Part shown: piece after piece, positions 1 to 9,417 of the stretch
Layout: each line of letters begins with the position of its first letter
Position numbering within the stretch: position 1 is the stretch's first letter
NCBI GenBank assembly: GCA_026707815.1
Contig: JAPOWB010000006.1
Location: 3,830-67,829, forward strand
Reading direction: 5' to 3'
From: Candidatus Saccharimonadota bacterium
GTDB lineage: Bacteria > Patescibacteriota > Saccharimonadia > Saccharimonadales > VXPC01
Length of the DNA: 64,000 nucleotides
Notes under the pieces: generated by a model
Told to the model about the DNA's origin: nothing
The model's input: only the letters and a program-made list of their open reading frames with translations
The model's database searches: none
Translations under genes and position numbers: made by a program

Positions 1-498
1 AATGCCTTGCCCAGTTTTGGCACTGATTAAAAAAATGTCTTCAGACTGACATTTGAGTAAACTTTGTAGTTGTTGATTAACTCGATGAGGCTCGGCTGTT
101 GGTAAATCTATTTTATTAATCACAGCAATAACTTTTAAATTATGTTGCTGAGCTAAATGTAGATTAGCCATAGTCTGAGCTTGAATGCCCTGAGTGGCAT
201 CGACAACTAGTAGACAGCCTTCACAAGCCATTAAGCTCCGAGAAACTTCGTAACTGAAATCAACATGACCAGGAGTATCAATTAGATTGAGATTGAAATT
301 TTTATAGACCATTCTCACGGGAGCTAACTTAATGGTGATACCTCTTTCCCTTTCTAGATCCATCTGGTCTAAAAGCTGGTCTTTCATCTGCCTTTGGTCA
401 ATTGTCTCAGTCAAGCCTAGCAAACGATCCGCTAATGTAGATTTACCATGGTCTATGTGGGCAATGATGCAAAAATTACGAATATTCTTCAAAATCAT
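1..498 (-). CDS. lepA: Elongation factor 4 (LepA), N-terminal GTPase part; gene continues beyond the window start
   Basis: Own reverse-strand translation from the ATG at complement 496-498 reads [27 protein letters not shown]...[17 protein letters not shown]...VINKIDL. It has GTPase G1 (AHIDHGKST), G3 (DTPGH) and G4 (NKID) motifs with a LepA-type N-terminus. It is absent from the ORF track because it runs off the window edge. Confidence 0.85.
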   Translation of the reverse strand, partial: MILKNIRNFCIIAHIDHGKSTLADRLLGLTETIDQRQMKDQLLDQMDLERERGITIKLAPVRMVYKNFNLNLIDTPGHVDFSYEVSRSLMACEGCLLVVDATQGIQAQTMANLHLAQQHNLKVIAVINKIDLPTAEPHRVNQQLQSLLKCQSEDIFLISAKTGQGI

Positions 499-508
499 TG
501 TGCTTTTA

Positions 509-2098
509 TTAAACTCCTCGATCATGATAAAAAATCTTCTTTATGCGAACAAATTGACGAGTTATATAACCTAGCAACTTGTAAGCTTCTGGAACTTTGA
601 AAAGATAAGATAGTCCAAAATGCATCAAGCCAACGACACTGAAAATTAGACCAATTTTGAAAATCGAATCAAAGGCTGAATCGTGGGCTTGAACAAAGAT
701 AAATCTAGTCAAAAGAAAGGTTATTGCTACTGTGCCAAGACTAACAACAATGATATGAAGTAATCTTTTTATAAAAGTAATATTAAAGAGATTGGGATTT
801 CTGATATGAATCAAGTAGATTAAAATGGCAATTTCCAAACCAGCCACAATACTGGTTGCCATGCCAAAGCCAATCACTCCAAACTCATAAGATAAATACC
901 AAGACAAACAAATATTAACTCCAAAACCAACCAAAGTAACTATTAGGGGAGTTTTGGTATCTTTTTGAGCATAGTAAAAACGAGAAATGATAGCGTAGAG
1001 AGTTCTAAATAAAATACCCAAGCATAACCAGCCAAAAATTAAAGCAATTTCTTGGTTACCTCGGCTAAAAATGATTTTAGCCATCAAATCTCGGCTAACA
1101 TAACTGACAACAACTACCGGTATGGTCGCCCAAAAAATGCCTCTTAAAATTTCTAAAAAATCTTTTTTAAATTTGCTAGGCTGTCCGCGGGCTAGATGAT
1201 TGGCAAAACGAGGGAAAGCAGCCATGCCCAGAGCTACTCCGAGCAAACTGATGGGAGCACTGTAAAGGATGAGAGCATTTTCAAAATTAGTAATGGCATG
1301 AATGGATAAACTGGAGGCTAAACGAGTTTGGACAATGGAGTTTATATAAATAATGCCTTGGTCGAAAGATCTAAAAGGCAAAGCTTTAAAAACTTGTTTA
1401 AAAGCTTTGTCTCTGAAATCAATAATCCAACGATGTCGAAAGCCTAATCGATTCATGCCAAAGCCCAAAATCATCAGATTTAAGACGCCCCCAAAGGCGG
1501 CTCCCAAACCTAAACAGACTATACCCATTGAATCTTTGAATAAATAGATACTAGCAATAATGGCTAGATTGTAGAAAATGGGAGCAATAGCTAAATAGAG
1601 AAACCGATTAATAGCTTGCTGGACTGAACTCAAAATCGAAGCTATCGAAAAAACAAACGGACCGATAGCTGCCAATCGCATAATTTGAGCCGTAATTTCA
1701 AGCCTTGCCTCAGAAAATCCTGGAACAATAATATATTTTAAAATTGGCTCGGGAAAAATAATCATAACTAAACATAAAGCCAGCATTAAAAGTGCGACAG
1801 CATTAAGTATGGAAGATGTCAATCTCCATGCTTCCAAACGAGATTTCAATTGTAATTTTTCAGATAGCACCGGAATAAAGGAAACACTCAAAGCTCCAGC
1901 CGCTAAAGTATAAAAAATGAATTCAGGTAATTTAAAGGCTCCAAAATAAGCCCCAGTTGTCCAGTGATTAAAAGTATCATTAATTAGTTTGGTTCTAATA
2001 ATGCCTAAAATAAGCCCTAAAAAGAGAGAGGCTCCAATGACCACCGTAGCTGAACCCAAAGTCATTGGTCGATTGATTTGCCGAGCAATAATATTCAT
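509..2098 (-). CDS. murJ: Lipid II flippase MurJ/MviN family
   Basis: 529-aa polytopic membrane protein. The N-terminal stretch [30 protein letters not shown] resembles the MurJ motif (AFxxPxxxxxLxxxGAxSxAFIPV). Length and hydrophobicity profile fit MurJ. Confidence 0.75.
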   Translation of the reverse strand: MNIIARQINRPMTLGSATVVIGASLFLGLILGIIRTKLINDTFNHWTTGAYFGAFKLPEFIFYTLAAGALSVSFIPVLSEKLQLKSRLEAWRLTSSILNAVALLMLALCLVMIIFPEPILKYIIVPGFSEARLEITAQIMRLAAIGPFVFSIASILSSVQQAINRFLYLAIAPIFYNLAIIASIYLFKDSMGIVCLGLGAAFGGVLNLMILGFGMNRLGFRHRWIIDFRDKAFKQVFKALPFRSFDQGIIYINSIVQTRLASSLSIHAITNFENALILYSAPISLLGVALGMAAFPRFANHLARGQPSKFKKDFLEILRGIFWATIPVVVVSYVSRDLMAKIIFSRGNQEIALIFGWLCLGILFRTLYAIISRFYYAQKDTKTPLIVTLVGFGVNICLSWYLSYEFGVIGFGMATSIVAGLEIAILIYLIHIRNPNLFNITFIKRLLHIIVVSLGTVAITFLLTRFIFVQAHDSAFDSIFKIGLIFSVVGLMHFGLSYLFKVPEAYKLLGYITRQFVRIKKIFYHDRGV

Positions 2099-2192
2099 AA
2101 AAAATTAAATCAACATTAATAAAACTTCAAATAACTACACGTTTTGTGTAGTCTAACTGAATTAACAATCTTTTTAAAGATATCTCTTTATA

Positions 2193-4088
2193 TTAATGAG
2201 GTGTAGCCAGTCTCGGTAATTTTACCTCTCGAGGCAAACGAGCATCATTGAAAACTGTTTTGATTTCTTCGGCTTCTACCGTTTCTTTATCTAGCAGAGC
2301 ATCTTTGAGTTTTTCTATGCAATGCAAATTAGCTTTAATAATAATTTCTGCCCGATAAGCTGCTTCTTTGATTAAACCTAAAATTTCTTGATCAATCCGA
2401 TCGGCTGTTTTTTCGGAATAAAGTTTTTCATGCATCATCCGATCAAACATCAAGCCCTCCTCTGTATGAAAAACCTGATCTCTTAAATCATTGCTACCCA
2501 TGCCCTGATTCATAATCATATCTCTGGCTAATTCAGTAGCCTTTTGTAAATCACTGCCAGCTCCAGTCGTTACAGCTTCAGATCCATAAATAACTTTCTC
2601 TGCCACTCTGCCTCCGAGCATGCGAGCTAAAACATCTTTGAATTCCAAAATGGAATGATAACTTTTATCATCGGGCGGTAAAAACCAAGTTACTCCGCCA
2701 GCGTGTCCTCGGCTAACAATGGTAACTTTGTGAACTTCGTCTGAGTGAGGCAAAACGAAACCAACAATAGCATGTCCAGCTTCATGATAAGCTGTTAATT
2801 CTTTTTCCTTATCAGACATAAAATTGTTTTTTCGAGCTGGACCAATAGCAACCTTTTCAAAGGCCTCCACTACATCACGATCAGCGATTTGCTTGGAGTT
2901 GCGCCGAGCGGCTCGAATAGCTGATTCATTGACAATATTGGATAAATCAGCTCCACTACTACCAGCAGTCTTGGCGGCCAAAGCTTTAATATCAATATCA
3001 TCTGCCAAAGGCTTGTCTTTGAAGTAAATTTCTAAAATCGCTTGGCGATCTTTGCGATCAGGTAGACTAATGTTAACTCGTCGATCAAATCGACCCGGTC
3101 TTAAGAGGGCTGGATCCAAAACATCAGCTCGATTGGTAGCAGCTAAGACAATGACATTTTCTTCTTGTTCAAAACCATCCATTTCAACTAGGATCTGATT
3201 TAAAGTTTGTTCTCTTTCATCATGACCCCCACCCATGCCACTGCCTCGGCGTCGACCAACCGCATCAATTTCATCAATAAATAAAATGCAAGGAGCATTC
3301 TTCTTGGCCTTAGCAAAGGAATCTCGAACCCGAGAAGCTCCGACTCCGACGAACATTTCAACAAATTCCGAACCAGACATATTATAAAAGGGAACTTTAG
3401 CCTCTCCAGCCACGGCTCGGGCAATCATAGTTTTACCTGTTCCAGGTGGACCAACCAATAAGACACCTTTAGGCATTTTAGCTCCGACATTTTTAAATTT
3501 AACGGGGTGCTTCAAGAAATCCACAACTTCTTCTAAATCTTCTTTAGCATGGTCATTGCCGGCAATATCTTTAAAACTGATGCTTTTGGCATCATTGCCA
3601 TAAAGTCGAGCTTTGGAGCGACCAAAACTTAAAGCTTGCGAACCTTGACCTTGAGCTGATTTAAAAAGAAAAATTAAAACAAAAATAATACCTGCTGAGA
3701 TAACTAAACTAGTAATAATACCAACCCAAGCAGCAGCTCCCTCATCATCAGTTTCATTGAAACGCTCGATAGAGCTTGGAACATGGACACCCTGCTCTTC
3801 TAAAGTTATATCCTTGCTATCACGAATGGTATAGGCTATAGGATCAGCTTCTTCATCCAAATCATCGTAGATATCTATTCGTTCAGCTTTGATGATAATT
3901 TTTTTAATTTTTGTTGGGGTTTGACTGAGCTGGGTATTAAATTCAGTTAAAGAAATTTCTTCTGGATCTGAATCGTTGGGAGAAATTTGAATGAGTAGCA
4001 AAATGATGCTAACAACCAAAATAACCCAAAGGATATTCTTAATTTTGCGTCTCTGAGATTTAGGCTTATTGATGCGTTGAGGTTTCAT
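2193..4088 (-). CDS. ftsH: ATP-dependent zinc metalloprotease FtsH
   Basis: N-terminal TM segments, Walker A GPPGTGKT, Walker [10 protein letters not shown], a second region of homology, and the zinc motif HEAGHA. Confidence 0.95.
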   Translation of the reverse strand: MKPQRINKPKSQRRKIKNILWVILVVSIILLLIQISPNDSDPEEISLTEFNTQLSQTPTKIKKIIIKAERIDIYDDLDEEADPIAYTIRDSKDITLEEQGVHVPSSIERFNETDDEGAAAWVGIITSLVISAGIIFVLIFLFKSAQGQGSQALSFGRSKARLYGNDAKSISFKDIAGNDHAKEDLEEVVDFLKHPVKFKNVGAKMPKGVLLVGPPGTGKTMIARAVAGEAKVPFYNMSGSEFVEMFVGVGASRVRDSFAKAKKNAPCILFIDEIDAVGRRRGSGMGGGHDEREQTLNQILVEMDGFEQEENVIVLAATNRADVLDPALLRPGRFDRRVNISLPDRKDRQAILEIYFKDKPLADDIDIKALAAKTAGSSGADLSNIVNESAIRAARRNSKQIADRDVVEAFEKVAIGPARKNNFMSDKEKELTAYHEAGHAIVGFVLPHSDEVHKVTIVSRGHAGGVTWFLPPDDKSYHSILEFKDVLARMLGGRVAEKVIYGSEAVTTGAGSDLQKATELARDMIMNQGMGSNDLRDQVFHTEEGLMFDRMMHEKLYSEKTADRIDQEILGLIKEAAYRAEIIIKANLHCIEKLKDALLDKETVEAEEIKTVFNDARLPREVKLPRLATPH

Positions 4089-4136
4089 TTATCTTGAAAA
4101 ATAATTTCTGAATCTGACTACTATAGTATCACTCTT

Positions 4137-5030
4137 TTAAAGTTCTAATCTTAAAGAACGTTTGCTGAATTTAATGGATTGTCCATCACTGATTATAATA
4201 GTTTTACCAGACGATAGAGTCCTCAATTTAACAACAATATAGAGAATTTGTGAAGTCGTATAATTAGGAACTTTGTATTTGATTAACCAACTTGTTACAA
4301 CTTCACAAGCCTGATTATGATCAAGCTGGTTAAACCATTGTCGACTAAAAACTCGACCTTGACGACGATAGCTTTTGGATTCTAAATAGTGATTTAGAAA
4401 ATTATCTAAATCTAGGTTAATTTTTAATAGCTTATCGTGGAGAGCTAAAAGTTCTATTTTTTGGTTGGAGCTAATTTTGGGTAAAATTTGATGGCGGATG
4501 CGATTTCTTAAGTATTTTAAATTTTGATTGGTGGGATCTTCTGACCAAGTTAATTGGTGTTGCTGAGCATAGTTAATCAAAGCTTGTTTTGGCATACTTA
4601 AGAGTGGTCTCAATAAAAAAGGTGTAGATTTAAGGCTGGTTAGACCTCGTCGCCGGCTGCCTCTGATGAAATTTAGAATCATAGTTTCAATTAAATCATC
4701 TTGATGATGGGCAGTCACGAGAGCTTGAGCTTGGTATTTATCAACAATCTGGTGGAAAAAATTATAGCGAGCTACTCGGGCTTGATTTTGACCACTAGAT
4801 TTACTGAGGTTGAGTTTGGTTGTTTCAAAATCTAATTTATATGCTTTGGCTAGATTGTGAACTCTTTGGGATTCAAGTTCTGATTGTTGCCTCAGACCAT
4901 GATTAACATGGGCAACTATAAATTTAGATTTTGGTCTTTGATTAACCAACATATGCAATAAAACCACTGAATCAACCCCGCCACTAATGGCTAAAACATA
5001 ACTTTTAGAATCTTGAAAATTTTCAAACAT
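4137..5030 (-). CDS. tilS: tRNA(Ile)-lysidine synthase TilS
   Basis: PP-loop motif SGGVDS near the N-terminus and a 297-aa TilS-like layout. Three CAU-anticodon tRNA genes lie 1.4-2.3 kb away. Confidence 0.8.
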   Translation of the reverse strand: MFENFQDSKSYVLAISGGVDSVVLLHMLVNQRPKSKFIVAHVNHGLRQQSELESQRVHNLAKAYKLDFETTKLNLSKSSGQNQARVARYNFFHQIVDKYQAQALVTAHHQDDLIETMILNFIRGSRRRGLTSLKSTPFLLRPLLSMPKQALINYAQQHQLTWSEDPTNQNLKYLRNRIRHQILPKISSNQKIELLALHDKLLKINLDLDNFLNHYLESKSYRRQGRVFSRQWFNQLDHNQACEVVTSWLIKYKVPNYTTSQILYIVVKLRTLSSGKTIIISDGQSIKFSKRSLRLEL

Positions 5031-5104
5031 GAATTTGTAGTTTAATCATTCTTAGTTTACAAAAAAGTAATGAATAAGTCATAATAGCATCAGAGAAAAT
5101 CTCT

Positions 5105-6361
5105 ATGGATAACTTGCCTCAACAATCACCCTTAAATCAAATTCAATCTTTTGGCAAAAAAGAAGATCACGAATTAATGAAAGCTCTTTTTTTAATGCGC
5201 AATTTAGTACTTCTTTTTAGTTGCGGTTTGGTCTTTGCAATTAGTTATATGGTCAGCTCTGTTTATGACCAACAAAGATCGCAATCAGAGAATCAACCGC
5301 CTAGCATTCAAGCAGTCTTGAGCGAGGATATGGTAGCTGAAGAAAGGCCTCATCCTCAAACATCTGAAACAGAAGAAACAGAAGAGGCGATTTTACCCGA
5401 ATTGATCGTTAGCCCAACTCCGTCATCACCAACCGTTCCCAGTCCGATTGATGACCCGATAGTCACTGTCAACCCTCAAGCCACAGCTCAGCCAGCCTCT
5501 AACCAAGCTGGTATTCAGATCGTCGAAGAACCGCCAGCTAATCCATTGCAGGTAATAGTGGCGACTCCAGAAGAACCGACAATTCAACCAACTCCAATAT
5601 CTGAACCAAATGTGGATGATGAATACCCTAATCTACCCATTAATATTAAGACCCTAGCCCAACGATTGAGCTTTACGGATAGAGCTAAAATCATTTTTTA
5701 TGACCATAATCCCAAAATCTTTACTGATACCAGTCATCCTGAATTCAAGTGTAAAAACCTTGAGAATCAAGACAATATCATTATTCATGGCTGTTGGATT
5801 TCCAGTCAAGAGATTATATTGTTAGATACTTTACTGCTTGAAACCACAGCCGCTCATGAATTGCTGCATGCTGTCTACCATAAGCTAAGCACTCAAGAAC
5901 GTTCTCATATTAATGATTTAATTAATAAAGTTATTGAGCAAAATCCTGATAAAATTGCGGAAATCTTAGCGTTATATCCCCATCTGACAGAATCAAGCAA
6001 ATATGATGAACTGCATGCCTTTATCGGCACCGAGTTTCGCACTATTCCCTTTGAATTCGAAAACCACTATGCTAAATACTTTAAAAATCGCCAAACTGTA
6101 GTTGATTTTTATCAGGCAGTCATTGATTCTCACCAAGCAAAAAATCAGGCTTTGACCAATCTTCAGGATATCTATAATCAACAACAAACTTTTTATTACA
6201 AATGCACTTTTGATAGCAATTCTAATGATTGTCAAGATTATTGGCCTGATAGCGATACCTACAACCTATTTAGCGAATGCCTGCAAGACCAAGCTACTTT
6301 GTGGTCTGACTGCCAAAATCTGCAACCAGCAAAACTCCCTTATCCCCCTGCAGTATCTTAA
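5105..6361 (+). CDS. Membrane-anchored Pro/Thr/Glu-rich protein with a C-terminal HExxH (AAHELLHAVYH) domain; possible Zn-metallopeptidase-like, function unknown
   Basis: One N-terminal TM segment (LVLLFSCGLVFAISYMV), a low-complexity P/T/E-rich linker, then a globular part with an HELLH motif and several Cys. Confidence 0.5.
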   Translation: MDNLPQQSPLNQIQSFGKKEDHELMKALFLMRNLVLLFSCGLVFAISYMVSSVYDQQRSQSENQPPSIQAVLSEDMVAEERPHPQTSETEETEEAILPELIVSPTPSSPTVPSPIDDPIVTVNPQATAQPASNQAGIQIVEEPPANPLQVIVATPEEPTIQPTPISEPNVDDEYPNLPINIKTLAQRLSFTDRAKIIFYDHNPKIFTDTSHPEFKCKNLENQDNIIIHGCWISSQEIILLDTLLLETTAAHELLHAVYHKLSTQERSHINDLINKVIEQNPDKIAEILALYPHLTESSKYDELHAFIGTEFRTIPFEFENHYAKYFKNRQTVVDFYQAVIDSHQAKNQALTNLQDIYNQQQTFYYKCTFDSNSNDCQDYWPDSDTYNLFSECLQDQATLWSDCQNLQPAKLPYPPAVS

Positions 6362-6423
6362 AAATTAAATGAATTATAAAAAAAGAAATTATTAATCTTG
6401 ATATACAATAAAGTCATCCGTTT

Positions 6424-6500
6424 GGCAGTATAGCTCAGTTGGTTAGAGCGTGGGACTCATAAGCCCAAGGTCACTGGTTCGATTCCAGTTACTGCCACCA
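6424..6500 (+). tRNA. tRNA with CAU anticodon, elongator tRNA-Met-like
   Basis: Cloverleaf by eye: acceptor GGCAGTA/TACTGCC, D arm GCTC..GAGC, anticodon loop CTCATAA, T arm ACTGG-TTCGATT-CCAGT, encoded CCA. G1-C72 is paired, so it is not an initiator. The D and T arms resemble E. coli elongator tRNA-Met. Confidence 0.8.
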
Positions 6501-6657
6501 CAAAACCTTCTAGAATCAGAAAGTTATCCGCAAATTAACCTGTTCTTTTTCAAAAAAATAAAAAAATACCCCAAATAATACTCATGGTTATCAGCGATAA
6601 ATTTATTGTTCATCCTCTAGTTGTTAGAAAATATTGAAATTGATTATCTGAAATAAG

Positions 6658-6733
6658 TGGTGGGGCTGGCAGGGTTCGAACCTGCGGCCAATCGGTTATG
6701 AGCCGACTGCTCTGACCACTGAGCTACAGCCCC
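6658..6733 (-). tRNA. tRNA with CAU anticodon; likely tRNA-Ile2 (lysidine-modified) or a second tRNA-Met
   Basis: The reverse complement GGGGCTGTAGCTCAGTGGTCAGAGCAGTCGGCTCATAACCGATTGGCCGCAGGTTCGAACCCTGCCAGCCCCACCA folds as a cloverleaf. Its overall pattern resembles remembered E. coli/B. subtilis tRNA-Ile2(CAU). tilS is nearby. Confidence 0.75.
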
Positions 6734-6810
6734 AAACTCTTTATCGCTTTACAATAAACAGTGTAAGCTAATTATAAACTTCAAGGCAAATCCATTATAA
6801 TCAGTAACAA

Positions 6811-7224
6811 ATGTTTTCAGGCAATCAGTCCGTTAAATCTTGGTTTGGTGATATAGTTTTAGCATTTTGCATTGGTTTAATGCCTTTTATAGCTTGGCAA
6901 ATTATTAACCAAACTGTTACTACTTCAGACATTGAACAGCAAAAACTGGAAAAAGAAGCTCAAATTCAACTCTTGGAACAGCAAAACCAACGCCAAAAGT
7001 TGGAAAATCAATTTCTAGCTTCAGACTATTATGTGGACTTAGCCATCAGAAGACAGCAAGGCTACACTTTGGAGGATGAAAATCTTTATGTCATCGGTCA
7101 TGATAAAATCCAAAGATTAAAAAAAATCTACCAGCCTCCACAAACAACAGAAAAAACACAGATAGACCAAGTTGAGCAATCTAATTTAGATGCTTGGTTT
7201 GATTTTCTGTTCGGCGAATCCTAG
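6811..7224 (+). CDS. Septum-formation initiator FtsB/DivIC-like protein (tentative)
   Basis: N-terminal TM segment followed by a coiled coil (QQKLEKEAQIQLLEQQNQRQKLENQ), then YYVDLAIRRQQGYTLEDENLYVI, which resembles the FtsB/DivIC C-terminal motif. Confidence 0.4.
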   Translation: MFSGNQSVKSWFGDIVLAFCIGLMPFIAWQIINQTVTTSDIEQQKLEKEAQIQLLEQQNQRQKLENQFLASDYYVDLAIRRQQGYTLEDENLYVIGHDKIQRLKKIYQPPQTTEKTQIDQVEQSNLDAWFDFLFGES

Positions 7225-7295
7225 TCTTCAAAAACATCTCTCCATTAATCTGTCTCTAGAAAATTGTAGTAATTTGTTGTAATATGCCAGCACAA

Positions 7296-7370
7296 TGCGG
7301 GGTGGAGCAGCGGCAGCTCGCGTGACTCATAATCACGAGGTCGTAGGTTCGAGTCCTACCCCCGCAACCA
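7296..7370 (+). tRNA. Initiator-type tRNA-fMet (CAU)
   Basis: TGCGGGGTGGAGCAGCGGCAGCTCGCGTGACTCATAATCACGAGGTCGTAGGTTCGAGTCCTACCCCCGCAACCA. The acceptor and D arm are near-identical to the E. coli initiator (GCGGGGTGGAGCAG..GCTCG, CCCCCGCAACCA), including the initiator-type A11:U24 pair. Confidence 0.8.
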
Positions 7371-7385
7371 AACCAACTGACCAAT

Positions 7386-8327
7386 CTAGATTGTCTCCAT
7401 GCAATCTTTTAGAATTGTTTTTGCTTCTGCAGCTGTCTGACTCTGGGCTATCTGAAGTCTTAAGTTAGAAGCTTGATTAAAATTAGTCAGATAAACTTTC
7501 ATGAATTTTTTCAAGGGCTGAAAACTGCGTTCAGATTCTTTGTATGTCTGTTGAAAAAGTTCAAGATGTCGATAGTAAAGCTTTAGCCGATCGAGAGTTT
7601 TAACATCTGACCAATTTTTGGTTTTAGAAAAAGCTAAAGGATTAGCAAAAATGCCCCGACCAATCATTGCCCCATCCCAAGAATATTTAGAGCACAAAGC
7701 TAAAGCTTGATCTCGGCTGACAATATCGCCGTTACCAATAATCTTAGTCTCAACCTTTAAATTATTGGCTAATTGCTTAATTAGTCCAATACAACCATAG
7801 TCTGCTGGAGTTAGACTTTTCTGACGAGTAGTCCGACCATGGATAGTTAGCATATCTAGGTTTTGTTCTAGCAAAAACTGATGCCAAGTTAAATCAATCT
7901 CATTAAAGCCTAATCGAGTCTTAACACTGACTGGAAGTTGCCCAGCCCCCTCTTGAGTGGCCCGAATAATTTCCAAAGCTTTGGGGCGATTGGCTGGTTT
8001 AATTAAAGCTGAGCAATTATTATTCTTAATGACTGTTTTATCGGGGCAACCCATATTAATATCTATGCCTGCAAAATTTCTGGAGGCTAATTCTTTGGCG
8101 GTTTGGTAATAATTTTCAGGATTAGTCCCCCAAATTTGAGCAATCAGAGGGATTGAGCTTGGCTCTTGATATAGAAAAGGTAGTAATTTAGTCCGCCCTC
8201 GACTTTGCAAACCATCAACATTAACAAATTCTGTCATATATAAATCAGGTGGCGACAAATAGCTAATCATCTGTCGAAAAACTGAATCAGTGACGTTATA
8301 CATGGGGGCTAGAATCAAAAGGGGCAT
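7386..8327 (-). CDS. tRNA-dihydrouridine synthase (Dus family)
   Basis: LAPMYNVTDSVFRQM and INMGCP motifs and a TIM-barrel Dus-like length of 313 aa. Confidence 0.85.
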   Translation of the reverse strand: MPLLILAPMYNVTDSVFRQMISYLSPPDLYMTEFVNVDGLQSRGRTKLLPFLYQEPSSIPLIAQIWGTNPENYYQTAKELASRNFAGIDINMGCPDKTVIKNNNCSALIKPANRPKALEIIRATQEGAGQLPVSVKTRLGFNEIDLTWHQFLLEQNLDMLTIHGRTTRQKSLTPADYGCIGLIKQLANNLKVETKIIGNGDIVSRDQALALCSKYSWDGAMIGRGIFANPLAFSKTKNWSDVKTLDRLKLYYRHLELFQQTYKESERSFQPLKKFMKVYLTNFNQASNLRLQIAQSQTAAEAKTILKDCMETI

Positions 8328-8383
8328 AAATTTTAGTATTAGATCTTAATATTTAAAATAGTAGGGGGTTAAAAAAAATGAAA

Positions 8384-8426
8384 GCATTAAAAAAACTTCC
8401 CTCAATTCAGGGAAGTTTTTGCTTTT
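8384..8426 (-). terminator. Rho-independent terminator (potentially bidirectional) downstream of the 8441-8638 gene
   Basis: Perfect 9-bp stem AACTTCCCT / AGGGAAGTT (8394-8402 / 8409-8417) with a 6-nt loop. An A7 run lies on the left, giving U7 on the minus-strand RNA, and TTTTGCTTTTT lies on the right. Confidence 0.6.
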
Positions 8427-8440
8427 TGTGATAACAAAAT

Positions 8441-8638
8441 TTATTTTTTCTTCAAAAAGGGAACACCATTTCGAGGATTTTCAACAACCTTGTGTGTATT
8501 AGGTAAATCACAGGCTGTTTCTGATTTTGGCTTGCCACTGAAATAATAAATAGGTGCACTATATCCACCTGTCAATTTGGATTGACCTTTATTTAGATAG
8601 TACGTTATACCCTTTGAATTTTTGTGTGAATATCCCAT
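8441..8638 (-). CDS. Small basic hypothetical protein (65 aa)
   Basis: ORF followed by a good terminator. The pattern GITYYLNKG...GGYSAPIYYFSGKP...LPNTHKVVENPRNGVPFLKKK resembles a recurrent small-protein family I cannot name. Confidence 0.4.
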   Translation of the reverse strand: MGYSHKNSKGITYYLNKGQSKLTGGYSAPIYYFSGKPKSETACDLPNTHKVVENPRNGVPFLKKK

Positions 8639-8789
8639 AACTTAAAACACTCCTTTATTAATATTTCTATAATATATCTTATCTGTTAGTCATTAGTCAA
8701 GTATTTCAAGGGATCAGATATGGCTATGCAAATTACTCAAGATTCTTTTCAGCTAATAGCTGGAAAACTGAATTTTCAAATCATTGGCC

Positions 8790-9374
8790 TTAAAAGAGTA
8801 GCCTTAAAACAAAGATTGACAGAGTCATAAAAAAGAGAACCAAACTAACTCCAGCCAAGTCCGTTGAAAACCTCGGACTAGTAAAATTATACGTATAATC
8901 TGCCTTAGCGATTAAAGGGGGATCAGGCATAAAATCAATATTGCGAGTTTTCTCTTTTAAACAGAGTAATCTTTCAGAAGTTAAAGAATCTTCTGTTTGG
9001 CATTGTTTTTTGATGTCCTTGAACTGATCAACTAATTTGGCATCAATATTATTCATGCGTTTTTGCCATTGAACTAAAGTATCTCGGTAATGGCGATAGC
9101 TCAATTGAATTGGGTCTTCTTCGGAATCACTATCCTGTTGTAAATTAGCATTCATGTGATTTTCGACATGAGCTTTAAGTCTGAGAATTAATTGATCAAC
9201 TTTATAATCTGGTTGACCTTGACGATCAGCCTCAAAAACTGCTTGCTTGTATTCCTCCATAATTAAATGATTGTGCCTTAAGCCATATAAGCTTAAGCCT
9301 CCACTGACTAATAAAATAATCATTAAAACAAGTAATAAAATATAGCCACCCCTAGAAGTTCCCCGACTAATCAT
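8790..9374 (-). CDS. Hypothetical membrane protein (N- and C-terminal TM segments)
   Basis: 194-aa ORF with hydrophobic ends (YILLLVLMIILLVSGGLSLYG; GVSLVLFFMTLSIFVLRLLF). No recognisable domain. Confidence 0.4.
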   Translation of the reverse strand: MISRGTSRGGYILLLVLMIILLVSGGLSLYGLRHNHLIMEEYKQAVFEADRQGQPDYKVDQLILRLKAHVENHMNANLQQDSDSEEDPIQLSYRHYRDTLVQWQKRMNNIDAKLVDQFKDIKKQCQTEDSLTSERLLCLKEKTRNIDFMPDPPLIAKADYTYNFTSPRFSTDLAGVSLVLFFMTLSIFVLRLLF

Positions 9375-9417
9375 AAGCCTTATTATACTTTATGAGTGGG
9401 ACTATATAATATATGTT

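Noticed and set aside
332-574. 80-aa plus-strand ORF
   Set aside because: It is antisense to the strongly supported lepA N-terminus and overlaps the murJ 3' end.
8378-8431. 17-codon micro-ORF (MKALKKLPSIQGSFCFL) with an upstream AGGGGG
   Set aside because: Its sequence is essentially the terminator hairpin of the 8441-8638 gene read on the other strand. There is no independent support.
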